Shown here: one piece after another, positions 18,387 through 27,595 of the stretch
How the letters are laid out: each line of letters opens with the position of its first letter
Numbering within the stretch: the first letter of the stretch is position 1
Assembly: GCA_000331975.1 (NCBI GenBank)
Contig: CP003263.1
Coordinates: 90,001-122,000, forward strand
Length of the DNA: 32,000 nt
Reading direction: 5' to 3'
DNA from: Candidatus Uzinura diaspidicola str. ASNER
GTDB taxonomy: Bacteria; Bacteroidota; Bacteroidia; Flavobacteriales; Blattabacteriaceae
Made by a program: the position numbers and the translations under genes
The notes under the pieces: model-generated
Database searches by the model: none
Seen by the model: only the letters and a program-made list of their open reading frames with translations
Told to the model about the DNA's origin: nothing

Positions 18387-19564
18387 TGGAATTTAAAAAA
18401 AGTATTGTTTATTTTTATACTGTAAAAAAACAATTACATATACCTATATATAGGTATATGTATAATTTACGATCTAAAACAATAAATTTGTTTGAAACAA
18501 AAAAACAAGAGGTAAAAAATCATAAATATGCTAATGATCTTAATTATACATTGTTTACTACTTCGATAGTAAGAATACGAAAGTTACATTTTTTATTAGA
18601 GGATTTTGATAGCTTTCGCTTTGTATTTATAGATGGAATATATCATTATAACAGATCCCTCTATAAAATAGTAGATCTCTATTACGAGAGATTTTTTTCT
18701 AAAGAAGTAGCTTATCTATATTTCACTGAAGGTGCTTTTGTGGAAAAACCGATAGAAATACTTTATATATCTACTGGAGCATGTACAAAAAGTATATTGT
18801 TTAATACTAGAAATTTTATTTTTTTAGGAAAAGGTTCTTGTGTAAAAATTATTGAAAGTCATAAAAATTTAAGTTTAGGTAAAGAAAAATTTAGTTCGGT
18901 AACTGAGGTCTATATGAATGCAGATAGCTATTTAGATTTTTGTAAAATAAAGGATGATAGACCTACTACTTATTTCTTTGATCATACTTCTATTATCCAA
19001 GATAATAGAAGCTATTGTAATATCAATACTTTTTCATTTTGTGGAGTATCAATTATGAATTTTTTATCTATATACCAATTAGGTAAGGAGATTCATTCTC
19101 ATATTAATGGTCTTAGTATTCTTCAAGAACATATAATCCATAACACTCTAATAGAACACATTTTGCCTAATGGTAAAAGCAGGGATATATATAAAGGTAT
19201 TTTTGATAAAAGGGCTAATACAAATTTTAATGGGAAGATCATTGTTTTAAATGAAGCAAAAAAAACTAATGCCATTCAGAAAAGTACTAATATTTTACTT
19301 TCGAATGAAGCTAAGGTAAAAGCTAATCCTCAACTAGAAATTTTTGCTGAAGATGTAAAATGTTCTCATGGATGTATAGTTGGACAATTAAATACTCAAG
19401 AAATTTTTTATTTACGATCTAGGGGAATTCCTAAATCTGAAGCTATAAGCAAAAAGCTATTTGCATTTTCAAAGGAAGTTTTAGAATGGCTTTCTTTTAA
19501 AAAACTAAAAAATTTGATAAAAAAAGAAATAAATAAAAATGTTATCCCCAGCAGAAATTCTTGA
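18386..19564 (+). CDS. sufD: Fe-S cluster assembly protein SufD
   Basis: It sits between sufC and sufS, and its C-terminal part has SufB/D-family similarity (NPQLEIFAEDVKCSHGCIVGQL). The ATG at 18386 overlaps the sufC stop (TAATG). The track start at 18368 is a TTG. Confidence 0.85.
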   Translation: MEFKKSIVYFYTVKKQLHIPIYRYMYNLRSKTINLFETKKQEVKNHKYANDLNYTLFTTSIVRIRKLHFLLEDFDSFRFVFIDGIYHYNRSLYKIVDLYYERFFSKEVAYLYFTEGAFVEKPIEILYISTGACTKSILFNTRNFIFLGKGSCVKIIESHKNLSLGKEKFSSVTEVYMNADSYLDFCKIKDDRPTTYFFDHTSIIQDNRSYCNINTFSFCGVSIMNFLSIYQLGKEIHSHINGLSILQEHIIHNTLIEHILPNGKSRDIYKGIFDKRANTNFNGKIIVLNEAKKTNAIQKSTNILLSNEAKVKANPQLEIFAEDVKCSHGCIVGQLNTQEIFYLRSRGIPKSEAISKKLFAFSKEVLEWLSFKKLKNLIKKEINKNVIPSRNS

Positions 19565-20762
19565 ATTACGAAAAGATTTTCCAATCTTTTATCAAAGTAT
19601 CTATAATAAACCATGTATTTACCTAGATAATGCTTCTACTACTCAAAAACCATTAAGAGTTATGCGATCGATAGATACGTATTATCGCACTTTTAATGCT
19701 AATGTCCATAGAGGAATTCACTATATAAGTCAATTAGCTACAAAAGCTATAGAAGAAAGTCGTGAATCTATATGTAGATTTATCAATGCTTCAAATATTG
19801 AAGAAATTATATTCACTAAAGGTACCACTGAATCTATTAATTTGTTAGCTGCCTCCATGAACTCTTTTGTTGATTATGGAGATGAGATTATACTTTCTGA
19901 GTTTGAACATCATTCAAACATTGTTCCTTGGCAATTGCTTTCTAATAGAAAAAAATTACATATTAGGGCTATTCCAATAGATGAAAATTCTTGTTTAAAT
20001 TTACAGTCTTTTGAGAACCTATTGAACTACCGTACAAAATTAGTCGCTATTAATCATATTTCAAATATTTTCGGAGTCGTAAATCCTATAAAAAAAATTA
20101 TTGAAATGGCTCATTCTAAAGGAGTTTGGGTATTTATAGATGGAGCTCAAGGAGCTGGACATACTAAGATTGATGTAAGAGAACTTAATGTAGATTTTTA
20201 TGCTTTTTCAGCTCACAAAATGTATGGCCCTAATGGAATAGGGGTTTTATATGGAAAAAAAAAGCTACTTGAGAAGTTTTTTCCATGGCAAGGAGGCGGA
20301 GAGATGATTAAGGAAGTATCTTATGAAAGAACTTTATACGCTAAGCTTCCCTATAAATTAGAAGCTGGGTCACCAAATATTTCTGGAATTATTGCTTGGA
20401 ATAGTGCTTTAAAATTTCTAGAGGAGATAGGAATTGAGCGTATTCAAAAGTATGAAAAATATTGTATAACTGAAGTTAGTAAAGAACTAAAACAAAATCC
20501 TAATCTTTTATTCTACGCAAAAGATGCACCACGTTCAGCTATTATAGCTTTAAATTTATTAGGTATACATTCATTTGATGTTGGATGTATTTTGGATAGA
20601 ATGGGTATTTTCGTAAGAACAGGGCATCATTGTGTACAACCTCTTATTCATGCTTTAGATGAAATAGGGATAGTGCGAGCTAGTTTCGCTGTTTACAATA
20701 CTTTAGATGAGGCAGAACAGTTTTGTTCTGCAATCATTAAGGCATATAAGATTTTATCTTAG
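19539..20762 (+). CDS. sufS: cysteine desulfurase SufS
   Basis: LDNASTTQKP, PLP-lysine context FSAHKMYGP and active-site RTGHHCVQP. It overlaps sufD by 26 nt. Confidence 0.94.
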   Translation: MLSPAEILELRKDFPIFYQSIYNKPCIYLDNASTTQKPLRVMRSIDTYYRTFNANVHRGIHYISQLATKAIEESRESICRFINASNIEEIIFTKGTTESINLLAASMNSFVDYGDEIILSEFEHHSNIVPWQLLSNRKKLHIRAIPIDENSCLNLQSFENLLNYRTKLVAINHISNIFGVVNPIKKIIEMAHSKGVWVFIDGAQGAGHTKIDVRELNVDFYAFSAHKMYGPNGIGVLYGKKKLLEKFFPWQGGGEMIKEVSYERTLYAKLPYKLEAGSPNISGIIAWNSALKFLEEIGIERIQKYEKYCITEVSKELKQNPNLLFYAKDAPRSAIIALNLLGIHSFDVGCILDRMGIFVRTGHHCVQPLIHALDEIGIVRASFAVYNTLDEAEQFCSAIIKAYKILS

Positions 20763-21091
20763 ATACAATCTCTATGAAGAATTTTCTTCATTAAGAGTTT
20801 TAAGCTTTTTAAGCTAGGTATTTTTTTTGTATCCCAAAAAAAAATATAATTATATTAATTTGTAAGAATTTTATTTTTTTCTATAGCTTATAAAAGCTAT
20901 TCTTATTCTTCTTTTGATAGCGTTTCTTTCTACAGAGCCTCTAATTTTTTTTTTGCTACACAAACTCCTATTTTTGATATTCCTTTTCTATTTATAATGT
21001 ATAACATACGCAATCCTTTTTCTTTCCTTCTAAATCCAATTTTAAAGAGTATTTCGATCAATGTTTTTCCTTTTAACTTTTTTATGATCAC
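20759..21091 (-). pseudogene. rnpA: RNase P protein component, interrupted by three homopolymer frame breaks (not in the ORF track)
   Basis: Hand translation of the minus strand from GTG at 21091 gives four segments. Segment 1: IIKKLKGKTLIEILFKIGFRRKEKGLRMLYIINRKGISKIGVCVAKKK. Segment 2: IRGSVERNAIKRRIRIAFISYRKK. Segment 3: IKFLQINIIIFFFGIQKK. Segment 4: IPSLKSLKLLMKKILHRDCI*. The breaks fall in coding-strand runs A10 (20945-20954), A7 (20874-20880) and A8 (20821-20828). The joined product is about 111 aa and carries the RnpA signature (V..SKK....AV.RN.IKR.IR.AF). Confidence 0.7.
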
Positions 21092-21119
21092 TTATTGTGT
21101 TCTGTGTAGTAACAATTTG

Positions 21120-21204
21120 CGGAGAGTGTGGGAACCGAACCCACGTTACGGCTACCCGTAAATAGTTTAGCAAACTATCCCGTTAACCACTCCGGCAACT
21201 CTCC
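21120..21204 (-). tRNA. tRNA-Ser (anticodon GCT), long variable arm
   Basis: The reverse complement reads GGAGAGT-TG-CCG-GAGTGGTTAA-CGG-G-ATAGT-TTGCTAA-ACTAT, then a long variable arm TTACGGGTAGCCGTAAC, then GTGGG-TTCGGTT-CCCAC-ACTCTCC-G. Confidence 0.9.
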
Positions 21205-21244
21205 TAGAAATATATGATTGTTATAATTTAATTTTTTTGTTGTC

Positions 21245-22267
21245 ATGAAAAAACCTATTCTACTTGCAATAGAATCATCTTGTGATGATACAGCTATTGC
21301 CATTGTAAAAGGAAATTCAATTTTGTCAAATATTATAGGAGTTCAACATATCCATAATTTTTATGGAGGAGTAAATCCTGAAATAGCTTCACGATATCAT
21401 CAGAGAGATATCGTTCTTTTAGTTCATCAGGCTATATTTGAAGCCAATATAGTAAAAAAACAAATTGATGCTGTTGCATTCACTAAAGGGCCAGGATTAA
21501 TTGGCTCGTTGCTTATTGGAGCAAGTTTTGCTAAGTCTCTAGCCATAGCTTGGATGATCCCTATAATTGGAGTACATCACATCCAGGCTCATATATTGTC
21601 TCATTTTATAGAGATAGAAGGAAGATCTTCTCCCAAGTTTCCATTTTTATGTTTAACAATAAGTGGAGGGCACACTCAAATTATTCTAGTAGAAAATTTT
21701 TTTAAGATGACGATTCTAGGTCAAACTATAGATGATGCTGTTGGAGAGGCTTTTGATAAGATTGCTAAAATAGCAGGATTACCATATCCTGGTGGAATCT
21801 GGATCGACTATTATGCTAAGAATGGCAATCCTAAAAAAATATTTTTTTCTAAACCTAAAATAGGTGGATTAGATTTTAGTTTTAGTGGCTTGAAAACACA
21901 ATTTTTCTCTTTTATACGTAAAGAGTTGAAAAAAGACCCAAAATTTATTATTCATAACCTTTATGATATTTGTGCTTCTATCCAGAAATCATTGATAGAT
22001 TTACTCTTTGACAAAATGTTGTTAGCAATAAGGCAAACTAAAATTTTTTCCATTGCATTATCAGGAGGAGTTTCTTCAAACTCCTATGTACGTACTAAAT
22101 TTAGTAAAGTTGCAAGTAAAAAAGGATTGAAACTCCATTTGCTTCCAGTAGAATTCGCTACTGATAACGCTGCTATGATTGCTGTATCTGCTCAAATAAA
22201 ATATTCTAGTGCACTTTTTGATAATTTAGACTTTGTTCCTGGTGCAAATTGTGGATGGAATCTATGA
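21245..22267 (+). CDS. tsaD: tRNA N6-adenosine threonylcarbamoyltransferase TsaD
   Basis: LLAIESSCDDTAIAIV, metal-binding GVHHIQAHILS and GPGLIGSLLIG. 340 aa. Confidence 0.92.
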   Translation: MKKPILLAIESSCDDTAIAIVKGNSILSNIIGVQHIHNFYGGVNPEIASRYHQRDIVLLVHQAIFEANIVKKQIDAVAFTKGPGLIGSLLIGASFAKSLAIAWMIPIIGVHHIQAHILSHFIEIEGRSSPKFPFLCLTISGGHTQIILVENFFKMTILGQTIDDAVGEAFDKIAKIAGLPYPGGIWIDYYAKNGNPKKIFFSKPKIGGLDFSFSGLKTQFFSFIRKELKKDPKFIIHNLYDICASIQKSLIDLLFDKMLLAIRQTKIFSIALSGGVSSNSYVRTKFSKVASKKGLKLHLLPVEFATDNAAMIAVSAQIKYSSALFDNLDFVPGANCGWNL

Positions 22268-22295
22268 TTTGTTCTTTTTCTAATTACAGAAAACT

Positions 22296-22559
22296 TTAAG
22301 TAGAGGATGGTCCATTCTTTCTATTATATTTTTTAAAGTACTTATCTATTCTACCTGCCGAATCTACATATTTCATTTTTCCTGTATAAAAGGGATGTGA
22401 ACTACTTGATATTTCTATCTTTATCAATGGATAAATGACCCCATTTATATCTATACTTTCTTTTGTTTCTGCTGTAGAACGACATAAAAAAACTTCTTCG
22501 TTGCTCATATCTTTAAAAGCAACTATTCTATAGTTTTTTGGATGAATTACTTTTTTCAT
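22296..22559 (-). CDS. rpmE: 50S ribosomal protein L31 (type B-like)
   Basis: MKKVIHPKNY...SSSSHPFYTGKMKYVDSAGRIDKYFKKY, an L31 layout lacking the CxxC zinc motif. Confidence 0.88.
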   Translation of the reverse strand: MKKVIHPKNYRIVAFKDMSNEEVFLCRSTAETKESIDINGVIYPLIKIEISSSSHPFYTGKMKYVDSAGRIDKYFKKYNRKNGPSST

Positions 22560-22871
22560 AGAAAGAAAATATATATAATATATATGAAAAAAAATAAAGA
22601 AATACAGTACTATAAAAAGAAACTAACAGTAGAAAAAATGTTTGATAGTATTTCTTATCGCTCTCTCTAGGCGGAGAAAGAATATTGTAAAAGAATTGTG
22701 CAAGAAATACCATTTTCATATTCTAGATATAGGATTAGAAATTATTTGGCAAAGAAAAAAATATAGATCAACTATGAGCCCGAAGACATACTACTTATTT
22801 TTTCATTGCTATATATATTTACTTTTTTCGCATGTTTCTTTTATTTATATTTGCATAATATGCATTATTTT

Positions 22872-23111
22872 ATGAGTAAAAAATTAGTAAAATCTCCTTA
22901 CGATACAGGATCTTCCGAAGTTCAAATTAACATTTTTACTGGTAGAATTCAACATATTACTGAACATCTTAAAAGACATAAAAAGGATCTGAATTCTCAA
23001 AAATCCTTACTAACTTTAGTTGGAAAGCGTCGTAAGCTACTAAAATATATAAAGAATAGTAATATTGAAATATATAGAAATATCATTATTAAATTAGAAA
23101 TAAGAAAATAA
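22872..23111 (+). CDS. rpsO: 30S ribosomal protein S15
   Basis: DTGSSEVQINIFTGRIQHITEHLKRHKKDLNSQKSLLTLVGKRRKLLKYI. The track start at 22806 adds a low-complexity hydrophobic leader, so ATG 22872 (or 22860) is preferred. Confidence 0.9.
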   Translation: MSKKLVKSPYDTGSSEVQINIFTGRIQHITEHLKRHKKDLNSQKSLLTLVGKRRKLLKYIKNSNIEIYRNIIIKLEIRK

Positions 23112-23118
23112 TTACTAG

Positions 23119-25086
23119 ATGATAGAAAATCCTATTTTAGATAATATACATCTTTCAGACGGAAGAAACATATCGATAGATACTGGGTTACTTGCTAAAC
23201 AGTCTAATGGATCAGTTGTAGTTAGTATGGGGAATACGATGCTTTTGGCTTCTGTAGTAGCAGAAAAAGAGGGAAAAGAAGATGTTGATATCTTGCCTCT
23301 CATCGTAGATTATAGGCAGAATTATTCTGCCGTAGGAAAAATTCCAGGAGGATTTATAAAGAGAGAAGGAAGAGCTTTTGAGGAAGAAATATTAACAATG
23401 CGCATTGTTGATCGTGTCTTGCGTCCTTTATTTCCAACAAATTTATTTGCAGATATTCAAATAATGGTTTCTTTACTATCGTATGATGATGAAATATTGC
23501 CTAATGTACTAGCAGCTTTAGCTGCTTCTGCATCTTTAGCGATTTCAGATATTCCGTTTTATGGTCCTATTTCTGAGGTTCGTTTAGTTAGAATAACTGG
23601 AGGAAGATTTATTATCAATCCTAGTTTACATGATGTTTTAAACTCTGATATTGATTTGGTAATAGGAGGTTCTAAAGAGTCTATTATTATGATGGAAGGA
23701 GAAATGAAAGAGGTATCAGAAGAAGAAATATTAGAGGCTATTTTATTTGCTCATAAAGCAATAAAAAATCAGATAGAAGCTCAAGTACACTTAGCAAAAA
23801 GAGTAAAAAGATCTAGAATTAAAAGATTTTATGAGAAAGAAATATTAGAGCCAAAGAAATTTATGCATCATTATTATCTTCAATTGAAGAGAGAATCAAT
23901 TCGTGATTTAATAATTAGAGAAAATCATCGCATTGATGGACGAACTTCAAAAGAAATACGATCTTTATTTAGTACTGTTGATTGTATTCCAAGTGCACAT
24001 GGTTCTGCTTTATTTATGCGAGGAGAAACTCAATCTCTTTCTTATGTGACTTTGGGATCATCTAATGATGTTAATCGTATAGATAATGCCATTAAAGAAG
24101 AAAATGAAAAGTTTTATTTACACTATAATTTTCCTCCGTTTTCAACAGGAGATATTAGACTTTTAAGAGGAGTATCTAGACGAGAAGTAGGACATGGAAA
24201 TCTTGCACAGTCAGCATTAAAAAATATTATACCTGAAAATACACCCTATACAATACGTATAGTCTCTGAGATTTTAGAATCTAACGGATCTTCATCTATG
24301 GCTACTGTTTGTGCGGGAACACTAGCTTTGATGGATGCTGGAATTTCTATTAAAAGACCTGCATCTGGTCTAGCAATGGGTTTGATTATGGACAAAGGTA
24401 AAGAGATTATTCTTTCAGATATTCTTGGTGATGAAGATTATATTGGTGATATGGATTTGAAGGTAGCAGGAACAAAAAAAGGAATTACAGCATGTCAAAT
24501 GGACATTAAAATTGATGGTATATCTTATAAGATTTTGAAAAAAGTATTTAAACAAGCATATCAAGGACGTATATTTATATTACAAGAAATGTTAAAAACA
24601 CTCTCTATGCCAAGAGTGCCTATGAAGCCAAATATTCCTAAAATATTCAATTTAAAGATCACTAAGGGATCTATTGGTTTTGTAATAGGACCTGGAGGGA
24701 AAACTATTCAAGAAATTCAAAAAAAAACAAATACAATTATTACTATAAAAGAAAAAGGAGAATTTGGGATAGTAGAAATTTTTGGGAAAGAAGAGAATAA
24801 AATTAATAAAGCTACTGATTGCATTAAAAACATTACATTTCTGCCAGAATTAGGAGGTGTTTATGATGCAAAAGTAAAATATCTTAAAGAGTTTGGAGCT
24901 ATCGTAGAAATTTTACCTGGGAAAGAATATCTTTTACATATTTCAGAAATAAACTGGGAGCATGAGAAAAATGTTGAAGATGTATTAAAAATAGGGGATA
25001 TTATTAGGGTAAAATTTATGGGAATAGATAGCATAAGTAGAAAAATTATAATTTCTAGAAAGGTTCTTTTACCTAGTCTTGAGTGA
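23119..25086 (+). CDS. pnp: polyribonucleotide nucleotidyltransferase (PNPase)
   Basis: Two RNase PH domains, a KH domain (GFVIGPGGKTIQEIQ) and an S1 domain (GGVYDAKVKYLKEFGAIVEI). It shows the conserved rpsO-pnp linkage. At 655 aa it is somewhat short in the inter-domain helical region. Confidence 0.94.
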   Translation: MIENPILDNIHLSDGRNISIDTGLLAKQSNGSVVVSMGNTMLLASVVAEKEGKEDVDILPLIVDYRQNYSAVGKIPGGFIKREGRAFEEEILTMRIVDRVLRPLFPTNLFADIQIMVSLLSYDDEILPNVLAALAASASLAISDIPFYGPISEVRLVRITGGRFIINPSLHDVLNSDIDLVIGGSKESIIMMEGEMKEVSEEEILEAILFAHKAIKNQIEAQVHLAKRVKRSRIKRFYEKEILEPKKFMHHYYLQLKRESIRDLIIRENHRIDGRTSKEIRSLFSTVDCIPSAHGSALFMRGETQSLSYVTLGSSNDVNRIDNAIKEENEKFYLHYNFPPFSTGDIRLLRGVSRREVGHGNLAQSALKNIIPENTPYTIRIVSEILESNGSSSMATVCAGTLALMDAGISIKRPASGLAMGLIMDKGKEIILSDILGDEDYIGDMDLKVAGTKKGITACQMDIKIDGISYKILKKVFKQAYQGRIFILQEMLKTLSMPRVPMKPNIPKIFNLKITKGSIGFVIGPGGKTIQEIQKKTNTIITIKEKGEFGIVEIFGKEENKINKATDCIKNITFLPELGGVYDAKVKYLKEFGAIVEILPGKEYLLHISEINWEHEKNVEDVLKIGDIIRVKFMGIDSISRKIIISRKVLLPSLE

Positions 25087-25104
25087 AGATGAGGATAATT
25101 TTTT

Positions 25105-25974
25105 ATGAGACAACTTAAAATTACTAAACAAGTAACTAACCGAGATACACCTTCATTAGATAAATATCTACATGAAATTGGAAAAGAATCTCTTTTATCT
25201 CCTGAAGAAGAAGTAGAATTAGCTCTACGAATTAAAAAAGGAGATGAAGTTGCATTAAATAAGTTAGTAAAGGCTAATTTGCGTTTTGTAGTTTCTGTTA
25301 GTAAACAATATCAGAACCAAGGATTAAGTCTTGGGGATCTAATTAATGAAGGGAATTTAGGTCTTATAAAGGCAGCTAAGCGTTTTGATCCAACAAAAGG
25401 ATTTAAATTTATTTCTTATGCAGTTTGGTGGTGCAGGCAATCAATAATGCAAGCTATAGCTGAGTGCTCTCGTTTAGTTCGTTTACCAATGAATAAATGT
25501 GCCTTAATGAGTAAAGTAAATAAAATGTATAATTATCTAGAGCAAAAATACGAACGTACTCCATCAGTTCAAGAAATAGGAGAGGTTCTTGATATCAATG
25601 AAGAGGATATAAAAGATTCTATAAAAATTACTGGAAAATATATTTCTATGGATGCTCCATTGGAAGATGGAGAGGATTCTAATTTGTATGATGTTATATA
25701 CTCTGATGAATCGCCTCGTCCTGATGACAGTCTTATAAAAGAATCTCTTCGTATAGATATCATGCGTTTAATGAGTAAACTTTCTCCAAGAGAGCGTGAT
25801 ATTACTGAAAAATGTTTTGGTTTAGATGGAAACCCTCCTAGAACACTTGAAGAAATAGGACAAGAACACGACCTAACAAGAGAACGGGTCCGTCAAATTA
25901 AAGAACAAGCATGTAAAAAACTTCGTAAAAGTTCACATAGCAGCCTTCTTAAGGCTTATCTTGATATATATTAA
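25105..25974 (+). CDS. rpoD: primary RNA polymerase sigma factor (sigma-70 family, Bacteroidetes SigA type)
   Basis: 289 aa. Region 2 reads DLINEGNLGLIKAAKRFDPTKGFKFISYAVWW, and region 4.2 reads TLEEIGQEHDLTRERVRQIKEQA. Confidence 0.93.
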   Translation: MRQLKITKQVTNRDTPSLDKYLHEIGKESLLSPEEEVELALRIKKGDEVALNKLVKANLRFVVSVSKQYQNQGLSLGDLINEGNLGLIKAAKRFDPTKGFKFISYAVWWCRQSIMQAIAECSRLVRLPMNKCALMSKVNKMYNYLEQKYERTPSVQEIGEVLDINEEDIKDSIKITGKYISMDAPLEDGEDSNLYDVIYSDESPRPDDSLIKESLRIDIMRLMSKLSPRERDITEKCFGLDGNPPRTLEEIGQEHDLTRERVRQIKEQACKKLRKSSHSSLLKAYLDIY

Positions 25975-26388
25975 TATTCTTGGAAAAAAAGATTTAAGAG
26001 CTAAGGTCGTGCAATTTTTATCTCTTACATAACATAGAACTAGGATTACAACAATTGCTTACTTTTCTTTCTCTTAATAGAAATTTAAGGGAGTATATTG
26101 CTTCAAATATCACCATATCTTTATTTAGATTATGAAAAGGATCTTTTATTTTTGTTAAAGAAATTCTAAGGAATCCTATTTATATAGGATATTGTTCTAT
26201 TAAAAATTTTGTTCAATCTCTCTTTAGAAAAACTCTACTATATAAAGAATAATTTAATAGACTCATCTGTAAACTTGAAGTTCAAAATCTATTTGTGAAT
26301 ATCTGTATGTTCCTACTATACTACCACTAGCTACTGAGAATAGTAAGTTATTAAAGCTAAATATCACCTATTACTGAATACTGAAACA

Positions 26389-27573
26389 TTAAGATATTAT
26401 CCCTGATCCAATCAATGCTTCCTTTAAATACCACGCAGCAAATTGACCTTCATTAATAGTTTTCTGAGGCTTTTCAAAAGTTATATAAAGTCCTTTTATT
26501 ACACGTTGTAACTGAGCATGTTGTAAATCTTGTCTATACCTAATGCGACATTTTACGTTTAGTTTATTTCCTTGAAACAAAGCTAGGTCTTCACTTATCC
26601 AGTGAATATCTTCTTCTTTTATAAAGAGTGCATTTTTATAAAGTCCTGGATGATTTTCTCCTATACCTACATATAAAATATTGTTATCAATATCTGTGTC
26701 TAGGACAAATAGTCCTTCTGTATACCCTCCTATTCTAATACCTTTACGTTGTCCTTTGGTGAATAAATGTGCCCCAAAATGCTGTCCAATAACTTTACCA
26801 AAGTTATATTTTCTTCTATTTGTAAAAATAGAAATAAAACCTTCTTCTTTTGCAGAAATTGGGATAATAGGCGATTGGTAAATAGGATCATTAGAAGATA
26901 TTTCTATAATATCTCCCAATTTACATCTCAATTGGGTCTGTAAAAAATCTGAAATTCGTATCTTTCCAACAAAGCAAAGTCCTTGTGAATCTTTTTTTTT
27001 TGAGGTAATCAAGCCCGCTTCTTCTGCTTTTTTTCTAACTTGATATTTACTATATTTACCAATAGGAAATATGCTCTTGGAAAGTTGTTCTTGATTAAGT
27101 TGACAGAGAAAGTAAGATTGATCTTTTTTTTTATCTGCTCCTTCTAACAATTGATAAAAAATATGATTTCTTTTATTTTTTTTTTTACATATAGCATAGT
27201 GTCCAGTTGCGATAAAATCTGCTTCTAGAGAAATAGATTGTTTTAGAAAAATATTGAACTTTATATCTCGATTACATAAAACGTCGGGATTAGGAGTTCG
27301 TCCACTAGAATATTCCTTAAACATATAATCAACTACTAATTTTTTATATTCTATTCTCATATCTATAATATGAAAAGGAATATTTAACTGCTGACAAATT
27401 AACATAGCATCTATACTATCCTCTATCCAATGACATTTTTCGTTTTCTCTATAATTTGGATAGTTCCAGTTTCGTAAAAAAATACCAATTACTTTATAAC
27501 CTTGTGCTTTTAGAAGCATAGCAGCTACACTAGAATCCACTCCACCTGATATACCTACAATTACTTTTTTCAT
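26389..27573 (-). CDS. mnmA: tRNA-specific 2-thiouridylase MnmA
   Basis: PP-loop VGISGGVDSSVAA, plus NPDVLCN and SQGLCFVG motifs. 394 aa. Confidence 0.94.
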   Translation of the reverse strand: MKKVIVGISGGVDSSVAAMLLKAQGYKVIGIFLRNWNYPNYRENEKCHWIEDSIDAMLICQQLNIPFHIIDMRIEYKKLVVDYMFKEYSSGRTPNPDVLCNRDIKFNIFLKQSISLEADFIATGHYAICKKKNKRNHIFYQLLEGADKKKDQSYFLCQLNQEQLSKSIFPIGKYSKYQVRKKAEEAGLITSKKKDSQGLCFVGKIRISDFLQTQLRCKLGDIIEISSNDPIYQSPIIPISAKEEGFISIFTNRRKYNFGKVIGQHFGAHLFTKGQRKGIRIGGYTEGLFVLDTDIDNNILYVGIGENHPGLYKNALFIKEEDIHWISEDLALFQGNKLNVKCRIRYRQDLQHAQLQRVIKGLYITFEKPQKTINEGQFAAWYLKEALIGSGIIS

Positions 27574-27595
27574 ACAAAGATTTAAAACAAATCTT

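Noticed and set aside
22528-22875. ORFs 22528-22719 (-) and 22642-22875 (+) in the 312-bp rpmE/rpsO divergent spacer, plus the N-terminal extension of the rpsO ORF from 22806.
   Set aside because: The translations are hydrophobic and low-complexity (FFYLYLH, IYICIICIIL), typical of AT-rich non-coding DNA. They overlap each other and real gene starts, and no motif is recognisable. The spacer more likely holds the two promoters. A small TGCAT-AAT-ATGCA palindrome just upstream of rpsO is too short to interpret.
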